From contig CM052816.1 of assembly GCA_028534125.1 (NCBI GenBank), forward strand, positions 28,584,001 to 28,648,000: a stretch of DNA of 64,000 bases, in the 5' to 3' direction. The notes beneath the pieces are model-generated. The model had not been told where the DNA came from and did no database searches. It saw only the letters and a program-made list of their open reading frames with translations. The position numbers and the translations under genes are program-made. This document shows, in pieces, positions 54,186-64,000 of this stretch (position 1 is its first letter; each line of letters starts with the position of its first letter). The DNA is from Lama glama. Taxonomy: Eukaryota.

Positions 54186-54424
54186 GTATTGAGGCATATC
54201 AGAAAAGCTGATAAGGAAGCAGAAGAAGGAAAAAGAAGAGGATAAAAGAGAAGAAAATAGGCAGAGGAGGAGAATGGAAGAACAAGAAAGGGAGGAGGGA
54301 CAGATGTAGTAGAAGAGGAAGGAGAGGAAAAGAGGAGACACTGAAGTTAAAAGCCTGCAAAATAGCAGTGACTATGTTGCTGCTGGGAACTGAGAAGCTG
54401 GTTTTGGACAATGGTTTGAAGGGA

Positions 54425-54590
54425 GAAATATCAAGAGTTCAAATCCACCAATGGCTCTGTGTATTCGTTACCCTTTCTGTCTCAGCTTCCTCACATGGAG
54501 AACAATTATAACCTCAAAGGGTGACTCTGAGGATTAAATGAGTTAACACAGAACAGCTCAAGACACTGAACAGAAGTTATTCATCTTAAC
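54425..54590 (+). mobile_element. MIR SINE
   Basis: 'gagttcaaatcc...ttctgtctcagcttcctcacatggagaacaattataacctcaaagggtgactctgaggattaaatgagttaa'. Confidence 0.75.
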
Positions 54591-54592
54591 GT

Positions 54593-54722
54593 TCATCATC
54601 ATCATCACCATTACCATCACGATCATCATCACCATCATCATCACCACCACCATCACCCATCATTACCATAATCATCACCATCATCATTTATCACCACCAT
54701 CATTACCACCATCATCATCACC
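54593..54722. repeat. Imperfect (CAT/CAC)n trinucleotide repeat
   Basis: ~130 bp of catcat/caccat units at the 3' end of the MIR. Confidence 0.9.
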
Positions 54723-55303
54723 GTATTTCTTCAACAACATGTGCCAGCCCACAGAGTAGTGACACCATTTAAACCTCTCCTATCTCTGCAGACATAGAAG
54801 AGGCAGGGGAAGCATAAGACTTTTTGATAGATGAGATGAAGAGCCTTCCTTCCAGTCAAGGTTGCCCCGACCTCACCCAAGAACTAACAGTAGGAAGAAA
54901 GCAAGCAACTCAACCTCAGCTACTCCCTTCCCTTCTGAATTTCCCTTCTCCTCCAATCTTAAAATACACATACGTACACAATTTCCTTGAAATTTTTCAG
55001 TGTAATTTTTACTTGATTGTGACACATAGAAAATGAGATTAGGGGAAGTGGTGAGGAGAAATGAGAAGGTGTATTTAAAAAGCAGGTTCAGTGAAGAGAA
55101 AAGGAAAATAATCAGGTAAATGTAAGAAAAAACACAGATAATGGTTTGTTAAAATAAAAAAGAGAGAGAATGAATGTGAGATATGAAAGGAATATAAAGT
55201 CCTAATGCTTGATGGGTAAACACCCAATGAAAGCTTAAAGAAATAAAAAGGTGGGTAAAGAAAGCAGTATTAAGTAATATGGAATAAGAGGGAGGAGTCA
55301 GAG

Positions 55304-55525
55304 CAGTAGTTCTCAAAACAAGGGTGATTCCTCTCACCCCCAGAGCACGTTCGACACTGTCTAGAAACATTTTTAGCTGTCACACTGACATTTTTTTTGT
55401 TGCGACTGGCATATAATTAGTAGATGCCAGGGATGCTACTAAATATCCTACAATGCATAGGACAGCCCTCAGCAACAAAGAATTATCTGCCCAAGACGTC
55501 AATAGAGCCATTTTTGAGAAACCTG
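55304..55525 (+). mobile_element. MER20 hAT-Charlie DNA transposon, near full length
   Basis: 'cagtagttctcaa...gccagggatgctactaaatatcctacaatgcataggacagccc...caaagaattatctgcccaagacgtcaatag...ttgagaaacctg'. Confidence 0.92.
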
Positions 55526-56219
55526 AACTAGACAGAGGTTCAAGGTAAACAGGAAGAGATGGAAGTGGATCAGATCTGGTCATTCTTGTGCTCAAAACTG
55601 CAAAGTCCTCACGTGACTCTGAGTAAGAGTTAAAATGCTTAGACATGTCCCCTGACACATTCTGCACTGCCTGAGAGTTACTTCTTGCAGCCAGTTACTA
55701 GAAGTGAAATTCACTCTACTACATGTGACTTTCTTCAAGGGCAGGTCCTGAAGCTTATTCATATTTGTATCCTTCATATTTTTCAGCACAGTGTCTTACA
55801 CATACCAAGAATTCAATAACCCTTTCTTCATTCATGAATTAGTGTCACACAGAAAAATAATAAAACAAAGGAAAATACTGTTTGGGATCAGTTTTAAGAA
55901 GGGAACATGCTTAATTTGCAATAAGCTCTGCAAACATTTTATCCTTCTAGGTACTGATGTTCTCTAGCACACATCATTAAAAGAAAACAAAAACAAACAA
56001 GATGAGACAGTTAACCCTTAGACACCTGAGCATTCTATAGTTATATATCTATAAAATCACCATAATACAACCATTGGTTCTTCTTTTTTCCTTTTTTTGT
56101 AAGGACAGGACTTATGATCTTGAAAGTTATGGAGACAGGTCTCAAATCACTAGTTGAAAAAAATTTTTTAAAGCTATCAATCACTTGTCTCTTCACCTGA
56201 ATTACTCTCACCCACTCAA

Positions 56220-56340
56220 GATTCCCTGAACATCTGCAAAAACTTACATTTGTATGAGCTTTTGTTCCAGGAGAAATAGCCACAATTTTGTTATACTTTC
56301 AAAGTGGTCTGTGATATGGGGGGGAAATTAAGAACCACTG
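56220..56340. mobile_element. hAT-Charlie fragment (Charlie4z-like)
   Basis: Ends 'tttcaaagtggtctgtga...ttaagaaccactg' followed by 'cctctaga', a Charlie-type target motif. Confidence 0.5.
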
Positions 56341-56979
56341 CCTCTAGAAAACAATTGATTTGACTGATACATATTTCTTTTTTAATCTGGCATTTTTCTG
56401 TCACATGAACATAGTTTGCAATCTTAGGATAAGACTTGGTATTATGAAAGAGGCCAATCAACACCAGTAAATCTGTTAACTTTTGGGTCGTTCAAGAGAG
56501 GAGATCCTGCTAGAAATCATCAAATTTGCTTCCTCCGGACAACTCCAGCACATGCTACCTGTAGCTGAAAATCTATTCACAGTGGGTCAAACACCATAAT
56601 AAGCAACTCATTGGACATATGTATGTAATTTGACTCACTTCAGTTATTCTACAAGTAAATGTTTATCTCAAACACCAACGTGAAGTAACATTTGCAAAGC
56701 AGAAGGAGAGAAAACAGTGATCATAACTGTAAATTCCGTCTTAACAATGCTAATGTTTCTTACCTAAAGTGTGGTCTGGAAACTCGGTTCCTTGGGAATC
56801 ATCATGTCTGTCCATTCTCAAAAATATAAATAGTTTATGACAGATAAGGTAACCTTCGTCCTGAACTGATGGGCCACCTTATGAGCTTACTCTGAAGTGG
56901 ATGTTACCTAGTCTGTGTTCTCATTTCGGTTTATGTTATTTTCTGGGTCTTGTTTAGAGTTGAAATAGTGCTGACTTGG

Positions 56980-57758
56980 TCAACTAATCTTCGACAAAGG
57001 AGACAAGAATATACAATGGAATAAAGACAGTCTCTTCAGCAAATGGTGTTGGGAAAACTGGACAGCAGCATGTAAAACAATGAAGCTAGAACACACTCTT
57101 ACACCANNNNNNNNNNNNNNNNNNNNNNNNNNNNNNNNNNNNNNNNNNNNNNNNNNNNNNNNNNNNNNNNNNNNNNNNNNNNNNNNNNNNNNNNNNNNNN
57201 NNNNNNNNNNNNNNNNNNNNNNNNNNNNNNNNNNNNNNNNNNNNNNNNNNNNNNNNNNNNNNNNNNNNNNNNNNNNNNNNNNNNNNNNNNNNNNNNNNNN
57301 NNNNNNNNNNNNNNNNNNNNNNNNNNNNNNNNNNNNNNNNNNNNNNNNNNNNNNNNNNNNNNNNNNNNNNNNNNNNNNNNNNNNNNNNNNNNNNNNNNNN
57401 NNNNNNNNNNNNNNNNNNNNNNNNNNNNNNNNNNNNNNNNNNNNNNNNNNNNNNNNNNNNNNNNNNNNNNNNNNNNNNNNNNNNNNNNNNNNNNNNNNNN
57501 NNNNNNNNNNNNNNNNNNNNNNNNNNNNNNNNNNNNNNNNNNNNNNNNNNNNNNNNNNNNNNNNNNNNNNNNNNNNNNNNNNNNNNNNNNNNNNNNNNNN
57601 NNNNNNAATGTTACGATAACTCACAGAGAAAAAAATGTGACAATGAGTGTGTATATGTCCATGAATGACTGAAAAATTGTGCTGAACACTGGAATTTGAC
57701 ACAACATTGTAAAGTGATTATAAATCAATAAAAAATGTTAAAAAAATTTAAAAAAAAA
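56980..57758 (+). mobile_element. Young 5'-truncated L1 with perfect 18-bp TSD, spanning an assembly gap
   Basis: Open ORF2 frame [43 protein letters not shown], then 3' UTR, aataaa and A tail. TSD gaaatagtgctgacttgg lies at 56962-56979 and 57759-57776. Confidence 0.97.
57107..57606. other. Assembly gap (500 N)
   Basis: Run of exactly 500 N. Confidence 1.
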
Positions 57759-58659
57759 GAAATAGTGCTGACTTGGGTTGTCTGAGACCTATGAGAAACT
57801 TTTTTAAAGCACCTCTTTTTAATTAACTAACTTTCAATACAATAAAAACATTTTTACCCACATTATACTGGAAGAAAAACAAACAAACAGGATTTGGGAA
57901 TAAGGTCATTCTTGTTTCCCATACAGGTGAGGGGAAGAGGTGGTGGCTTACAATAAGTAGCACTAAAATTAAGACGCAAAATCGAACTATAAAAATCCAC
58001 GTGACATTGTTAGCCAGCTCAGTCATTTGGGGCCTGGTAAAGAATTCAACAAGCTTGTCTGTTCATCTGCCATAGCAGAAAGCAAAACAACTGTTAAAAC
58101 CCAAACATCTCAGAAAACTTAAGGACAATACCTACCTTCTAAGGCAATTTGATAACAACAAAAGAGAATTAACAGCTTCCCAAACTCTTCTAAATTCATT
58201 TGAAACAGCTGGATGCAATGCTAGACATCAGCAAGCACCCATATTAGTTGTTTCTTTATTTTCTAAGCCATAATATGAGAAAGCAATGTAATACGCTCGT
58301 TAACATTGTTGAGTAAATAGGTCAAAAGTGATTCACGGCAGTACCTATTTATTTGGAAGATGAACACTGTAATGCCTAATTAACTTACTATTAATTCTAC
58401 CTCAATACTGGTGCTCAAAATTGTATACAACCCATAGAAGCAATGACTGTTACCACAAAGAAATAATAAATTTACAATTAGACTTAAAAGGTTGATTGAC
58501 TTCACTAGAAACTGAAGAAACAGGGTCCACACATATTCTGATGATGGGAGTAAAAATCTGTGAAAAGCTCCTGGAAGACCATTTGGCAAGTTGGATTGAA
58601 AACTTTAAAACTTTCACACCCCTGATGTCTCAGAAAATGAAAAAAAAAATAAAAAGATG

Positions 58660-58890
58660 ACTAGAGCTTAGTGGTTATATGCTTGGGACCTAGTACTAAA
58701 ATCCCAAGCTCCGAAGCCTCACGTTTCCACTTACAAAGTCAAGTTACTTTACATCTCTGGCCTCTGTTTTCTTACCTATAAAACAAACAGTAGTTCCTTC
58801 CTAATATGTTTGTTTTCAGAATTAAAAAATCTAATATTAAGAAATACGCTTAGAAGAGTACCAAGCAGAGAGTAAAAGCTGTCTTACCTA
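58660..58890 (+). mobile_element. MIR SINE
   Basis: 'gcttagtggtta...caagttactttacatctctggcctctgttttcttacctataaaa...gcttagaagagtacc'. Confidence 0.75.
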
Positions 58891-59174
58891 TTTTTATTGC
58901 CAAAGCTCTTCTTGTACATACATCATTGGATGTAATTTCATAACTTTACATGACTTCAGCCATGTTAAATATATGCATATAAAAAGATGTAAAGAAAACA
59001 TAGCAAAATGTTCAATTTACCTATTCATGAGTGGCATAAAGGATAATTCCTATGCTCTTCTTTATAATTTTTAGATTTTTTCCAAACTTTTTCTCTTATT
59101 CACAGACTGAATTACTTCTGAAATCAGAAAGAAATGAAATTTTTTTCTTCAAAAAAACAAGTACTCTTAGGATC

Positions 59175-59515
59175 TGAAGGAAGGATGAATAGGTGGAGCA
59201 CAGAGGAATTTTAGGGTACTGTCCTACTCTATAGGACACCAGAATGATAGACGTATGTATAAACATTTGTCTAAACCCACAAATGTAAAACACCAAGAAT
59301 GATTACCCTAATGCAAACTGCAGATGTTGGATGATAATGATGTGGCAGTGTAGATTCCTCAGTGGCACCAAATGTCCCACTCTGGTGGGGGATGTTGATA
59401 ATGGGGGAGGCTAAGCGTGTGTGGGGGTTAGGGGTACATGGGAAATCTCTGTACCCTCCCCTTTGCTGTGAATCTAAAATTGTTCCAAAAATAAAATGTT
59501 AATAAAATACATAAA
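59175..59515 (+). mobile_element. L1MC1/2-like 3' end
   Basis: 'gatgaataggtggagcacagaggaattttagg...aaatgtcccactctggtgggggatgttgataatgggggaggct...atgggaaatctctgtacc'. Confidence 0.88.
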
Positions 59516-62500
59516 TAAATGTCATTTTTAAAGGAAGAAAAAAGTACCCCTCATTATTTACTAATCATTTATTTTTAGCTTGATGTCAGATATGCACATT
59601 TTAATCAGAACTGAGTCAGCAGGCTATTAGAATTTTACCCCTCTAATTTCCAAAAACTGCCCATGATATTTTTAATGAACTAGTTCTGTAGAAGGTTCTG
59701 TAGTTTAATATGTTTGAGAAAATGTTTTACTCAAACTTACGTTTCTATCTCTTTTCTTCCATTTTGACTTAAATACCTGAGATCCTCAGAGCAGTAAGGA
59801 TGGAAAAAAACATAATCCAAGTAACAATGAAACTATTACATTGGTTTTATTATCTATTACTTCACTGTTGCCTGAAGCACACTGTCTATTTATTACTTTA
59901 AGTCTGCCTGAATTTCTTATCAGCTAATTCTCTGAGTCTTAAATGGTTTAATGCATTGGAAATAGAGATAGTAAAGGATGGTTATTATTTTCTCAGAACC
60001 ATGCTGTTCTTTTAGAAGCATGCTATGTGATTATGCTTCAGAAAAGAAAAATTAAAAAGCATTCTGCCATTTGGTAAATATACTCCAGTTTGAGAAGGTA
60101 GACTATTGTATAGAGTAGTAAAAATACAGCTATTGCTATAATTGAATGCACTGTGAAATCTCCTTCATTCACAACTTTAAAACTTGGAAAGTACTCCAGA
60201 GATTATTCTCTGTAATTCGTTTGAGTAATGAATTTTATAAATATGGACTCATTAACCAAAAAATAGTTGGTACGATTTCTCAGAGCAATAAACTACAGCA
60301 CTTCAAGTGGATAAGCCATTCAAAGAGAGAAAAACATTTAAAAATGACAGTATTTTGCAGATAATTGTTAATTCCGTTTTCCTCAGCCCCAAAATGAATC
60401 ATTTCCTATGTGTTTTCAAACTTTTTAAAATTAAGCTTAATTTTAATTTATTTGTTTATGATATTATACGAAAATCCATGAGTGCTTTCCAATCCATAGG
60501 CACAACGCTGACAATACCTTCCTACTCATGCAGTCTAATCACTGAGTGATTCCAAGGCAGACAGAACAACTCAACTGGTTCCTCCATAACAGTCATGTCT
60601 ACTCACAGGGATTAGCTAAAAAAAAAAATATACATATATATATACATATATATGTAAATATATGTGATATATATATTCAACCCATATAGTAGTCTTGTTA
60701 CTTAAAGTCACAAAATGAAACAGTATGAAAAAAGCTCAAGGTTATAATCAGTCTAAACTAAAAGAGAATCCAACTAAAAGCAGTAATGTATTTTGTTTCC
60801 AAGTCAAAGGCTATTCATTACATATCCCAATCCCTCCCTAATCAACAAGACCTACATATTAACACCAACATTTTATGCAGAACAGTTTACCAGTGAGATC
60901 TTCATAAAAAACAGGCAAATTGATACCTGAAGAGGCCAGACTATTCGTGAACCATTTTTTAAAAAACAATAGCTGTTTTTTTTTTTACATTTCTACCTAA
61001 AAATGTGTAGAAAAAAGAAACATGGATTAAACTTGTACTCAACACCCCAACTACCTGAATTTTCAGATGACTAAAATCCAGAAAACTTCTAAAAAGAAAA
61101 TCAATTTCAAAATAACCCCAAACAAAAGTCTAATATTGTTGGTGCAGGGTTTATGCAAAAATAAAGGGTAAAATATTCAAAAAAGAATACTGTGGTTTGG
61201 TTAGAATGAAAAAGTCAGGGGAAAAAACCAAACAAACAAATACCATATGGTGAATAATATAGTAATCTCATCATAATCACTTTCTTTCTTCTAATTTCTG
61301 TTCCATGACAAAAGCTCTCTGCTAATTGATATCAAAATATATTATGGCCTAAAAGCATAGCATTGCCAATAAAGGAATTAGAATTCTAAATACAACTGTT
61401 CATATTTAATATATACCAATGATAAACTGCCAGAATAGCGAATGTAACAACTGCTGAATGGTGACATTTATATTTACAAGTCATAAGTATAGAGATCAAC
61501 AGGTTTGTAATTTACAAAGTTTTCAGTTACTCCTATATTCAAAACTACATCAAAGACATGTTCAGTCACATGTGCAGTATTATCTTAAAAAGATAAACGC
61601 TGGACAACTGTAAGATGTCATAGGTAAACATGCTCTGTAAATATTTTGTTCTCAAAATAACTATCTTTCCTATTATATAAATGGCCAGTGTTTTGAGATT
61701 TAGACATAATATATACAACTCTATGTGTAAACCTTGATTGATGACATCCTCCTCACAAAAGTAATTAATAATCACATCACATTATTTATCATTCATAAAT
61801 TTCACTCTTGGGTGAAATTTTTAGTCAAGCACCCAGTCTAAGCTTCCAAAGCATGAAGTCAAAATTTTATCTCTATATCTGTCTGGAAGACAGATCCTTT
61901 CATTTACTTGGTTGTACATTATCTATGTTTTTCCATTCCTTTCATAAACTACCTGGGTTTTTTTTTCCCTAAAAAAATTCTCACGTAAATGAAGGCACAG
62001 AAAGAGTGAAATGGAGAGAGAGACACAGACTCCCTGATTTACTTCTCCGTGATTCTAACCAATAGCTACAGTGAGGTTAAAAGTTTCACGATAGATCTAC
62101 CTGCTCTCCAAACATCTACAGAGTAATGATGCAAAGCAGAACTGGGTCCATGCACAGTTTCTTCTCATCTGTTCTGTCTAAAATAGGGAGTGGAGGACAC
62201 AGCGTAACACAAGAAGTATGTGCCCATAGATGCAGAGTTTTGATGGACTACTTACTCCTAATCTAAACCACCTCGCTAAAACAGTAAATATATTTCTGTG
62301 CTGATGTAGGTTTCCCAACATCCCCCATCTTAGAAACGTCAACAACTGTAAAGCACAATTCTGCCAAAAGGAACCTGCCCAAATGTGTTCATTTTTTTAA
62401 AAATGCCATAATGTTTCAAATGAAAACACAGCTTGCCAAAGATGTTGAATAAAAGGATAACAAAGAAACAAACAGCATCTTTAGACTTGAATTTCAAATG

Positions 62501-62929
62501 CATAACCTCGCCATCTGTCAACCAGTTGTGAAGCAGTGATCCTAGAGAAGCCCTGCAAACACCAACAAGTTTTGTCCTCGCATCTATCATCTGTATCAAT
62601 ATACACTCTCAGGACCTCAGTAGTAATTACGTTCTGTGTGTGGAGCAACCTACAAGAATGACAGTTCCCATTGGCAAACCGAACCCTGCTGATGAATGGG
62701 TCATTTTAACAGACTTGCATTTGGTAACAAATGCGGAGTTCAGTTGACAGAGGTAATGGGGAGATGGAGAGAAAGAGGGGGGCTTTTTCCTCACATTTGG
62801 ATTGGAAATCGGATAGAGGAGGTTAATCTTCAGAGGCCAAACGTCCAAACAACCCCCAGTCTCCTCCCATTTGGCCTCTGAAACCTGATTACAATTTTGG
62901 ATGTAGACTACATCCTACCCCTTCCCTTC

Positions 62930-63900
62930 CCACCGGGGCCACCACCTCCGAAGTTAGTGTTAGCTCTCATGCAACTGGGGGTGCAGACTCCTGACCGAGA
63001 ACCTCACCAGGAACCCATTCAGTAGCGGCACACTGGGCTGGGACTCTGCCTGGGCTCTGCGACGCCACCCGCGGGCTTGCAGGATACCCGACCCCTCCCA
63101 ACCCCGCCCTCGCCCCCGCCTGGAGCTGCAGCTAGGGTTACGCATCCTCAGCCTTGACACTGCCTCCGCTTCTCTCTATCCCGATCAAGGCTTGTGGGGG
63201 TGGGAGGGCAGAAGTGGAATGCGGGTGGCAGGGAGCGAGAAAGAACCAAAACAGTCCTGGTAACCAAGAGCCAGGACGCAACTGGGAAGACCCTGGTGCA
63301 TGCACACTACACACACACACACACACACACACACCACACACACACACACCCACACCACACACACACACACCACACACACATACACACACACAAACACACA
63401 CACACACACACATACACACACACACTCACCGACGCGCCCTGTGCCCCAGGTTCTATGCCAACTGGCGACAAGATGGGAGGAAGGAAGGAGGTGGGGTGGC
63501 GGGAAGGCCCGGAGTTACTGAGAGCGACGTTCGGAAGAGAGCAGGGGATGCCCCAGGGATTGAGAAAGTGAGAAAGTCCCAGACTCCCTCTATACCCCAG
63601 GTCTGGGCTCTCCTGCCTGCAACCATGGGTCGCCTTCCTTCAGTGAGGTTCGGGAAGCGGGGAGAGGAGCTGGAGCCGAGCTTCTCCCAGGCTGCCCTCT
63701 CGAGCCTGGCCCGGTGCCCGGAACCTGGCTCCCCCTCAGCCCCGGCCCGGGGAGGCTGCCAGGCAAGGGGCGACTTGCCAAAGGACTCTGGGGGAGCAAG
63801 AGGGCAGGAAGGAGCATCTTGCACTCTCCGGCCAGCTGCTGGTTTCTTCCCCTGTCGACACACCCCCAGTTAACCCCCTTCCCCGACACACACACGCACA
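62930..63900. promoter_or_regulatory. CpG-island edge / promoter-proximal GC-rich region
   Basis: Abrupt rise in GC and CpG content relative to the rest of the window. It contains a GC box ccccgccc (63102-63109) and an EGR-type site cgcccccgc (63111-63119). Confidence 0.75.
63303..63429. repeat. Long interrupted (CA)n microsatellite
   Basis: ~125 bp of CA units with interruptions. Confidence 0.95.
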
Positions 63901-64000
63901 GATACAGAGACACACGTGTTCACCCCTCCCACCATCCCAGGTCTATCGATTAAAACACTAGTTGATTTCTGACGGAGAAAAAAAAAGGAGAAGAAAAGAG

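Noticed and set aside
54593..54722. Poly-histidine coding segment
   Set aside because: The frame shifts within the repeat, there is no ORF or splice context, and it sits at a MIR tail.
56980..57702. ORFs of 240 aa and 179 aa
   Set aside because: They are mostly N-gap read-through within an L1.
63138..63953. Cluster of ORFs up to 239 aa with His-Thr or Cys-Val runs
   Set aside because: These are artefacts of the CA microsatellite and GC-rich, stop-poor sequence, with no recognisable protein.
1..64000. CRISPR arrays, operons or prokaryotic systems; naming the host gene
   Set aside because: The sequence is clearly mammalian non-coding DNA, and I could not recognise any exon well enough to assign a gene symbol.

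Overview
This is AT-rich mammalian (eutherian) genomic DNA, most likely from a camelid: it carries two tRNA-Ala-derived SINEs matching the camelid Vic-1 type and artiodactyl-type L1 3' ends. I recognise no cellular protein-coding exon, and the interpretable ORFs are L1 or L2 remnants. Much of the window is interspersed repeat (L1, L2, MIR, MER20, MER58, MADE2, MLT1), with microsatellites and one 500-N assembly gap inside a young L1. The right end is the edge of a CpG island and all clearly recognised L1s lie on +. The window is therefore probably the 5' intron(s) of an unidentified minus-strand gene whose promoter lies at or beyond 63-64 kb. The most notable non-repeat signals are a near-perfect pre-miRNA-sized hairpin at 9141-9208, a strongly flanked minus-strand 32-nt exon candidate followed directly by a ~120-nt UG repeat, and a promoter-like motif cluster at 24.55-25.0 kb. 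I found no evidence of a new multi-component system. Repeat family names come from recalled consensus sequences, not a database search. Boundaries of old repeats are approximate.
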